Virus record (IMG/VR): IMGVR_UViG_3300030685_000003
Location: 6,156 to 70,155 of that record
DNA length: 64,000 bases
From: a virus
Reading direction: 5' to 3' (one strand)
The translations under genes and the position numbers were made by a program. Shown one piece after another: positions 1 to 7,254 of this stretch (positions within the stretch are counted from its first letter, which is position 1; the number at the start of each line of letters is the position of its first letter). The notes under the pieces were generated by a model that worked only from the letters and a program-made list of their open reading frames with translations, was not told the origin of the DNA and did not search any database.

Positions 1-180
1 ATTCATCATTATGATAAGCTATGTTATAAATTGGGGAGTACAAATATATTATTGTTGCCATGTGCAGTGACTTAGATGGGTATACTTTTACCCGGAATGG
101 ATACCGGAACCTATGCCCTGCCCAAATCCATTGAGATAGGTATTCAGTAATACTCATAGCAACAATAATATATTTACAAT

Positions 181-263
181 CGGAAGATCAAGGATTTGAA
201 CCTTGGAGACCTTTCAGTCTTACCGATTAGCAATCGGCTGCATTACCGCTCTGCCAATCTTCC
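181..263 (-). tRNA. tRNA-Ser(GCT)
   Basis: Cloverleaf GGAAGAT/ATCTTCC-G, anticodon arm ccga-ttGCTaa-tcgg, long variable arm, GGTTCAAATCC T-loop. Confidence 0.92.
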
Positions 264-392
264 TTATAGGTAATCTTTAGTAAATTTTTTGAGCCATTGT
301 CTGAATGCTTTCTTAAACGAGATGTGCTTGATCTCTTTCTTAGATAACCATCAGACTCACATACTTTTGATCTTTCTCGTAATCTTCATCAT
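264..392 (-). CDS. small basic hypothetical protein (42 aa)
   Basis: ATG..TAA open with TGA=Gly: MMKITRKIKSMGVGWLSKKE... Confidence 0.45.
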
Positions 393-455
393 ACAATGGT
401 TAAGAATAAACATTGAAAACAGTCCCTCTGTGGCAGATGAAACCAGACAAATGAC

Positions 456-536
456 TGGGTTAGATAGGATTCGAACCTACAAGCCGGTAAAGGACTCCGT
501 CTACAGCGGAGCGGACCACCATTGCCCAACTAACCC
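456..536 (-). tRNA. tRNA-Tyr(GTA)
   Basis: GGGTTAG/CTAACCC-A acceptor, ctccg-ctGTAga-cggag, long variable arm, GTTCGAATCC. Confidence 0.9.
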
Positions 537-537
537 A

Positions 538-611
538 TGGAGCGATATATGGGACTTCAACCCATGATGCCTGGTTGGAAGCCAGACGTGTTAGCGCTAC
601 ACTAATACCGC
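538..611 (-). tRNA. tRNA-Gly(TCC), CCA encoded
   Basis: GCGGTAT/ATATCGC-T-CCA, tctgg-ctTCCaa-ccagg; T-loop variant TTGAAGT. Confidence 0.88.
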
Positions 612-620
612 ATATTATCT

Positions 621-693
621 TGGAGAATGAGGGAATCGAACCCTCTCCTTCTCGGTGCAAGCGAGATGTGCTAGCCATTGCCACTAACCCCCC
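621..693 (-). tRNA. tRNA-Ala(TGC)
   Basis: G-rich acceptor with G3-U70, tctcg-ctTGCac-cgaga, GGTTCGATTCC. Confidence 0.9.
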
Positions 694-697
694 ATAT

Positions 698-771
698 CGC
701 ATCCCCTAGGATTCGAACCTAGAACCCACGACTTAACAGGCCGTTGCTCTAACCATTAAAGCTAGGGATGC
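698..771 (-). tRNA. tRNA-Asn(GTT)
   Basis: GCATCCC/GGGATGC-G, acggc-ctGTTaa-gtcgt, GGTTCGAATCC. Confidence 0.92.
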
Positions 772-773
772 AT

Positions 774-846
774 AGTCACAGGCGAGGATCGAACTCGCGT
801 ACGCGGATTTGAAGTCCACACCACTGACCAACTGTGATACTGCGAC
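774..846 (-). tRNA. UGA-decoding tRNA, anticodon TCA, probably tRNA-Gly(UCA)
   Basis: GTCGCAG/CTGTGAC-T acceptor (G1-C72, U73), gtgga-ctTCAaa-tccgc, short variable loop, GTTCGATCC; TGA=Gly in the coding regions. Confidence 0.88.
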
Positions 847-851
847 ATACT

Positions 852-922
852 CATACTATCTAGGAATCGGACCTAGTCCTAGGACTTTGGAGATCCCTGT
901 GCTACCAGTACACCAATAGTAT
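852..922 (-). tRNA. tRNA-Trp(CCA)
   Basis: ATACTAT/ATAGTAT-G, gggat-ctCCAaa-gtcct; T-loop variant TCCGATT. Confidence 0.85.
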
Positions 923-927
923 ATAAT

Positions 928-998
928 CTCAGAGCCGAAGAATCGAACTTCTGTCCCCTGCTTCAAAGGCAGGTGTCATGCCACTAGACCATCTCTGA
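928..998 (-). tRNA. tRNA-Gln(TTG)
   Basis: TCAGAG/CTCTGA-G, cctgc-ctTTGaa-gcagg, GTTCGATTC. Confidence 0.88.
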
Positions 999-1099
999 AT
1001 ATTGAGGTTTCGTGTACCTAACAGAAACCCCTAAAGAATAGCATACAGCTTAGCCCACCGTATGAGAGACGTCGATAATCAACTAGACAGGGATAGCAT

Positions 1100-2491
1100 C
1101 TAATCTATTTGTTCGTATCTTTCAGAGTTGAGCGTCTTCAACATTACTCCAATAGGAGTCATATCTTCACCACCCAATAATCCCTTCATGATAGCTGGAG
1201 ATGCTCCAGAGACTAGTGCAACACCATTTGCATTATATGCTACAGGTGAGTTACCTTGCCTTCCATTTACATTCCAGTAAACAAGATTCGGCATTTGGTA
1301 ACCAAATTGTTCGTATTGCAATCTGATAGCCTCATGATTTGTTAGTCATCCTACATTAGAGTCGTTGAACTCCATGTCAGAGATAACCAATATATTGTCT
1401 GGCATATCAGCAGCTGTTAGATTAGAAGCTAGCGCTGTATTCAATACTAATTGAAACGCTGCTTGTAGATTTGTGTCAAATCACACAGGCCCAGCAATCT
1501 CTCTAAATCTTTGGCAAGGAGATCCTTGCAAGTATTGCATTCTAGGTTCTGATGTGAACGTGATGAATGCATCCTTAAATATAGACTTGTTTCTTTCCGC
1601 TAGATATACTCACAATGATATGGAAATGTCCATCGGAGTCAAGTTATTGTTACCATATGAGCTATTCATTGATCCAGATACATCTACCATAGGTAAGAAG
1701 GATTTTCCTTCAGGCACATAGTTAGGTAGGTTAGCCCACTGAGCATTGATAATAGTTGGATTTTCTCATTTATTATATGATTGATACAACTGATAAGGAA
1801 ACAATGTCCCAGCCTTGATTGCTAGCGGATCCTTTTCGATGAATTGATTGAATCTTTCCTCGTCGTGTCTAACAAATGCTTTCTTATATTTATGGAATGC
1901 TTGAGATGGAATCTTTTCGTATTCAATAAACGCCCATTGATTAGCAGACATTTGTTGCTCAACTACCTTAGTGTTTGCTACTAGGAATTTTCTGAATGCT
2001 TTTGGAGATAATTTGAGATGCTTTCTAAAGTACTCAAATATTTCGCCTTTTCTAGGCATCCATTTACATAACAATCCTATCTTACTTTCTTTTGTATGGT
2101 CAGTATCTGGTGAATGCATCCATTCAAGGATATATTCTAATGATGTATCAAAAAGATCATCCCATCTACCATATTCTGGCACAAATTTGTTGTATTTTTG
2201 AAGCTGTGCTTTTGATAAAGAATTCCAGATAGTTCTAAAGAATCTTCTTTCTCCAGCTCATCATCTGACATCTCTAGCCCAGAATAAACATCTGAACGCT
2301 AGCTTCTCATCTTCAACAAGTGCAGAGGTCCACATAGAAAGGATATCCTTTTCAGACATATTTCTAGAAGCTCCCGCTATGAAGAAAAGATCTACAACAG
2401 AGTGTAGAGAAGTTGAATTTGTTACTGCTCCATTGGCAGTTAATGAATCATGCTGTCTAGCAGCGTTAACGAATGGTGATTGTGAGATCAT
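1100..2491 (-). CDS. DUF2828-family helical + vWA domain protein (TROVE/Ro60-like architecture), 463 aa
   Basis: Three supplied fragments join with TGA=Gly; motifs LTANGA, WARDVRGGAGER, EYGRWDDL, KWMPR, YEKIPS, vWA MIDAS DVSGSM, SDMEF, VYWNV, VSGAS. Confidence 0.85.
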
Positions 2492-2506
2492 GGTGTATAT
2501 AGTTTT

Positions 2507-2583
2507 ACAGAACACAGTTTGCTGGATTTGGACCAGCTCGCTCCGAGGAGCTTCAACCAGTTTAGTTATGCTGTATGTGTTCT
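2507..2583 (-). ncRNA. Y-RNA-like array unit A
   Basis: AGAACAC/GTGTTCT-GT terminal stem, then atACAGCAtaac; internal hairpins including T-arm-like gctgg-tccaaat-ccagc. Confidence 0.7.
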
Positions 2584-2601
2584 TTAAATAAAGATCAAAT
2601 A

Positions 2602-2723
2602 ACGGGACGCATTTCTTAAGTGCTCTAACCAGACTGAGCTACCAACGCCTTGCGACGCTAGGTTGGATTTGAACCAACGACCACTGCTTTAATAGAGCGT
2701 AGAAGTTATGCTGTGAGCGTCCC
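2602..2723 (-). ncRNA. Y-RNA-like array unit B (YrlA-like permuted tRNA module)
   Basis: GGGACGC/GCGTCCC-GT stem, tcACAGCAtaac, then T-arm gttggTTCAAATccaac, acceptor-like stem closed by GCAA, D-arm tagctcagtctggttagagc. Confidence 0.82.
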
Positions 2724-2735
2724 TTATATTTATTA

Positions 2736-2851
2736 ACAGGACAGGATTTTAAGGCGTCCTAACCACTAGACTACGTGTGCCTTGCGACACATAACGGGAA
2801 TCGAACCCATGTCTCCTGCTTGAAGTGCAGAGTTTATGCTGTTACTGTCCT
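2736..2851 (-). ncRNA. Y-RNA-like array unit C (YrlA-like permuted tRNA module)
   Basis: AGGACAG/CTGTCCT-GT stem, taACAGCAtaaac, T-arm atgggTTCGATTcccgt, acceptor-like stem closed by GCAA, D-arm tagtctagtggttaggac. Confidence 0.82.
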
Positions 2852-2870
2852 TTGATTTGTTTTACCCTAA

Positions 2871-2976
2871 ACAGGTCACGATAAGATGGCTTGCGCCAAG
2901 ATTATTGTGTAGCGAATCACCACTACGGGATCCTTGCGGACTGGAGATTTTTGGGTTGGGTTGCTGTGTGTGACCT
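2871..2976 (-). ncRNA. Y-RNA-like array unit D
   Basis: AGGTCAC/GTGACCT-GT stem, acACAGCAa; three internal hairpins, two with GCAA tetraloops. Confidence 0.72.
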
Positions 2977-2985
2977 TTGAGATAT

Positions 2986-3040
2986 ACAGGAGGCATTGGT
3001 TTTAGCGTTACAGAGCTTATAAGTTTGCTGTGAGCCTCCT
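2986..3040 (-). ncRNA. Y-RNA-like array unit E (minimal)
   Basis: AGGAGGC/GCCTCCT-GT stem, tcACAGCAaac; short insert. Confidence 0.68.
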
Positions 3041-3051
3041 TTGTTGATGAT

Positions 3052-4023
3052 CTAATCTAAATAGTAGAATGTATTTACTGCTGGGTACCAAGATTCTTTT
3101 ACTCATGGGGTACCAGTAACATATTTACCACTGATTTGTTTAGGTGTCATCATTCACTGACTGAAGTATACACATTTAAATAGATATCATTGTGATTTGA
3201 ATGCCTCTTCAACAGAACTAAATGCATAGAGATGAGTTCAAGGATAATAATTTGCTGGTTCTCTACTACAATCGCTATTTATTTTCCATTTCATTCATCC
3301 CCAATTATTGGCGAGATACCCACTAGCAGAAACAAAGTTTGCTCATAGATGGCTCTCTTTATATGACGATCATAACTGTAATTTGAATAGATCATATCAA
3401 GACCAAGTCTCTTGTGATTGTTTTTTTATCTTAAGAAACAATTGATCATTATGACATAGTGGAGATGTTCTTCAATTTATCCAAACTTCACAAACTTTAT
3501 TCATAAGTCTCAAGTCTAATCAGGTTAATATGGTCGTATAAACTGGCTTAGCACCTTTGATGTTTTGTAATCTAGACATATCAAAGTTAACTCATGGGCA
3601 ATTCTTCGGTTGGAAGTCTCAATGCCTCTTAATTTCCATTCAAGGATGTTCCTCATTGATTCGAGATATGATTGTTCTAATCATATTATATTGAGCCTCT
3701 GTTGGTAATACTCATGGTAGATTGAAATTTCAAACAACCTCAATCTGTATTGAGTCAAGATTAGCTTGTGCATTTCTAGTTCCTCATACAGCTATGTCCA
3801 AATCATTTACTTTCACAAAGTCTCAAGAACATCATACTATAAAGTGTGCTGGTATGTGCTTCATTTTTCAACTAGCAACCCGAGTTCAACTCATTGACTT
3901 CTCCATCTGCTTGGCAGATAAACAGTTTGGGGTACCAGTATTATGAATAATAATATACTTATATCACCTTACTATTGTACTGCTCCTGTTTGTAGGGCTG
4001 ACAGAGTTCCCTGTTCTAAACCC
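3052..4023 (-). CDS. N-acetylmuramoyl-L-alanine amidase (Amidase_2) + glucosaminidase/lysozyme-like domain, probably reached by -1 frameshift
   Basis: YIIIHNTG, AHFIVG, SIQIEVVGNF, PTEAQY, RHGDF..KNCPG; C-terminal KESHLG..NNWGGMK..FSSVEE; no in-frame ATG upstream of the first catalytic His. Confidence 0.8.
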
Positions 4024-4265
4024 GTACCTGTCGAAGTACCGTTTATAGCATCGAATAATTTACTGTCAATCCTCTGTATGTTTTCATCGTACGCATCAAT
4101 TTTTGCTTGTGCTGCATCTCTTATAGTAGTCTGTTCTAGTTTTAGGTTTACATTTTCAGCCTTATCAAGATACAATTGTTCAATAGGAGAGTTATGTCTG
4201 AAGAAAGAAACCAGTAACATGACGAATAAGAATCCAGCAATTCAATACGGAATATACTTTTTCAT
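3972..4265 (-). CDS. N-terminal transmembrane + coiled-coil protein (97 aa; zero-frame partner of the amidase)
   Basis: MKKYIPYGIAGFLFVMLLVSFF signal/TM; contains G_GGT_TTA near the 3' end. Confidence 0.75.
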
Positions 4266-4301
4266 GAAGTAGAATAAATTCTAAAGCCCATAAATAAGAC
4301 A

Positions 4302-5213
4302 CTATTTTTTTACCATCGAGTATGCTATACCCCAAGATAAACAAAAGCCTATAACTATAAGACTCATGTACGTCGGTATATGGAATCCAAAGATTCCTGA
4401 TATCATTTTTGCTCATATGAAGAACAAAATAATAATAACTGCATGACTAAGGTATTTAACTTGGTTACCTACTGCCTCCAATATAAAGTATAGAGATCTT
4501 AGACCAAGTATTGCAAATATATTGGAAGAGAATAGGATGAACTTATCTGACGTGATTGCTAATACAGCTGGTATAGAATCAAAAGCGAACATAACGTCTG
4601 CTATCTCAATAACTACCAAAGTCAAAAACAACGCAGTCATAAATAGTTTTCAGTTTTCTCTTACAAAGAATTTGTGTCAATCTAATTTTGGGTAAACAGG
4701 TAGTATTTTTTTTAGAAATGTAGCTATCTTCCCTTTAGAATAATCAACTTCGTCTTGTTCTCAACCATCTGACATTAGCTCTTTGAGCATTTTAATAGCA
4801 GACCAAATAACAATAAGACCGAAGATAACTAACACAACTGGTCAAAGTGACATTAGCCACGCCCCAGCAAAGATAAAACACATTCTTAATACGATTGCAC
4901 CTAGTATTCCTCGGTATAAAATTCTATGTCTATACCTTTGAGGTATAACGAATGATGAGAATATTGCCATCATAACGAATAGATTATCAACCGACAGTGA
5001 TTTCTCTAATAAGTAACCACTAAAGAAATTCATTGAAGCGTCCAGACCCATTGAAAAATATATATACACATTGAATCCTACAGCCAAAGCTATCCACATA
5101 CAGCTTTCTATAGCTGCTTGTTTCAAAGATATTGCTTTATCTTCCTTATGCCTTAGATGATCAAATGTCAACGACGCTGCAAGAACCACAAACATAACAA
5201 TGTAATGTCACAT
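4302..5213 (-). CDS. terC: TerC/Alx family membrane protein (303 aa)
   Basis: GYLLEKSLSVDNLFV, HRILY(W)GILGAIVLR, IEIADVMFAFDSIPAV, SNIFAILGLRSLYF. Confidence 0.93.
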
Positions 5214-5503
5214 TATCTTTTTGCCGACAATAAAAAGCTAATGTAAGACACTAAGATAACGGCACATATGATGAATGATAACATCCCGCTAAACATAAAG
5301 AATACCAATAATGGAGCCAATACTAAGAATGATCTAATAGCAGTATTATTGTTTTGATCCCATCTTACGATAAATCCATTGATTAAGTTAACCAAGAATC
5401 TAGTGAAAGGATTTCTCTTTGTGGCACCAAGCCATAGTTGGAATTTGTTTGCGTAAATTTGTCATAAATGTTTTTCAATAAATTTGAGTATAGTATTAAA
5501 CAT
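5213..5503 (-). CDS. small membrane protein (96 aa)
   Basis: Open with TGA=Gly; hydrophobic C-terminal helices; stop overlaps the terC start. Confidence 0.7.
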
Positions 5504-5531
5504 TCCTAAATAGGGGGTAAGAATAAAAGAA

Positions 5532-5554
5532 AAGGGTGGTGGTTAGCCACCCTA
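5532..5554 (-). terminator. intrinsic terminator after terD
   Basis: agggtgg..ccaccct hairpin followed by a T-rich tract on the minus strand. Confidence 0.65.
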
Positions 5555-5559
5555 ACCTA

Positions 5560-6087
5560 CTAAAGACTTTCAGCTACTTGTGAAATGTCTCCGTCAATGT
5601 AGTCTCCCATTGCTGTGAAAGCATAGTTGTCACCTGAGTCAACAACCTTACCTACTACTACAGCAGTATGAGCACCACCTTGAGCCAATACATAAGTTGC
5701 AAGAACTTCGTTTGTTTCTTGATTGTATACAGTTGCCTTAGCATTTGCAACATCAGAGAACTTAACGTTTCCTGTGTAAATATTTACACAGATGAAGTAC
5801 TCACCATCACCAGATTTAGTGGCGTCCATTTTAACGAATTCATCGTCTCCATCTCCTGCACCAGTTCTATTGTCTTCTGACAATTCGACCCCAGTAATAG
5901 CAGTTCTAGCATTGTAGTATGCTACTTTCTTTGCTCCATTTGCTTTTTCAACAATGAACAAATCAAGATCTGCAGTAATTCCTTCTTTAACGTCCCAAGA
6001 GAGACCTACTCTAATTTTTGAGATAGATGAACCATCTGCTTTTTTGAGGTCTAGAGTTTGACCTTTAACCAAGTTGAGTGCTTTCAT
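5560..6087 (-). CDS. terD: TerD family protein (175 aa)
   Basis: LNLVKGQ, VGLSWD, DLDLF, DNRTGAGDGDDE, F.AMG. Confidence 0.92.
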   Translation of the reverse strand: MKALNLVKGQTLDLKKADGSSISKIRVGLSWDVKEGITADLDLFIVEKANGAKKVAYYNARTAITGVELSEDNRTGAGDGDDEFVKMDATKSGDGEYFICVNIYTGNVKFSDVANAKATVYNQETNEVLATYVLAQGGAHTAVVVGKVVDSGDNYAFTAMGDYIDGDISQVAESL

Positions 6088-6118
6088 GTGTGTGTAGAAA
6101 AATAGGATAAAAAAGATT

Positions 6119-6191
6119 AGGTTGTGTATCGGATTCGAACCGACATCTTCCGCTTACTACGCGGATGTTTTTCCATTAAACTAATACATCC
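6119..6191 (-). tRNA. atypical tRNA-like gene, anticodon AGT (Thr-type), poorly paired acceptor stem
   Basis: D-arm tagtttaatggaaaaac, tccgc-gtAGTaa-gcgga, gtcggTTCGAATccgat; acceptor has mismatches. Confidence 0.6.
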
Positions 6192-6424
6192 ATATAGATA
6201 TACCCCTCACGTGGACTACTCACTAGTTTTCATCCACGCTACTCATATATTGTGACTTGATACATAATACCTATCGTCGCCCAAACTCCGCCACTTGTCC
6301 GCCTACATTGTTCGTACACTCCATCATATACCTCTACCCCTACCCTCCGGTGATCAAACCATACTCTCAGTTACCCATATATGACTTGCGGACACCCTGA
6401 AACCCGTTCTTTATAACGGGGATA

Positions 6425-6452
6425 GTTATAACCCATACGTACTTTTTTGCAA
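6425..6452 (-). promoter_or_regulatory. sigma70-like promoter for the tRNA/ter/ncRNA region
   Basis: TTGCAA-N16-TATAAC on the minus strand. Confidence 0.65.
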
Positions 6453-6459
6453 CACTTTT

Positions 6460-7254
6460 TTATTTAAAATCCAACTCTGTGAATGGCCGTGGTTTGTTTT
6501 TATATTGTCTAACCTCGTTTTTGAGCCATGTACGGTCTCTATCGTTTTGTAAATATCAAACGTAGATCTCTTTGATTGCCCATAATGTACCTAATTCTAA
6601 TGACTTATTATAGTACGGATTACAAATAGATTCGTTTTCATCTTGTTCGCGTTCTATACCTCTACATATCATACTGAAAATCCCGAAGAATCCAACAAGC
6701 TCTTGTGGCAGTTTCTTCTCCGTCTGTCATTTGCGATCAGCTTTTTTGTAAGAGAATCTATACTTCATTCCAGGGATAGCGATGATCTCTTTTAAAATAT
6801 AAGAGAAATCCTCCCAAGTCATTCTATACAAATTTCATTTAGATTTAAATGTATTGCTGATAAAGAACCCACTGATCCAAGAATCTAACGGAAATTTAAC
6901 AAACCATAGATATGGAGCATATATACGAACCTTGTTTATATATACGAATTTATTGAATGCTCATCTTAGTAGGACGTTATTGTTATTGTAGGACTTGATA
7001 ATATCTTTGAGTCAAAGTGTTAACAATAATTCTATAATAGATAGCCCTTCCTCATTAGTCAATTCTTCTATAAAGATTGGACGTAATGATAATTTCTTCC
7101 CCGTCATAGAACAGACAGGGATGTGTGTTTTACAGAAAGAGTTAGCCTCCATACCGTCCACAGAGTCTTCTTTGTAAAATATCAAAGACCCCTCGGCTAC
7201 GGCATGGTTTGGATAAACTATTTTTCACTCACTATTTAGGTAGATCATTGTCAT
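6460..7254 (-). CDS. hypothetical protein (264 aa)
   Basis: Open ATG..TAA with TGA=Gly; start overlaps the end of the primase-helicase. Confidence 0.7.

Noticed and set aside
289-702. Supplied ORFs 289..567 and 460..702
   Set aside because: They overlap tRNA genes and are spurious translations.
774-846. Selenocysteine tRNA (selC)
   Set aside because: Only 73 nt, with a 7-bp acceptor and short variable loop; no sel genes in the window.
2507-3040. CRISPR array or ordinary tRNA genes
   Set aside because: No identical direct repeats, unit lengths vary from 55 to 122 nt, and the arms are in permuted order with a sealed acceptor stem.
3074-3120. Inverted repeat containing CAGCA as a sixth array unit
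   Set aside because: It lies inside the hydrolase coding frame and lacks the 7-bp stem + NNACAGCA arrangement.
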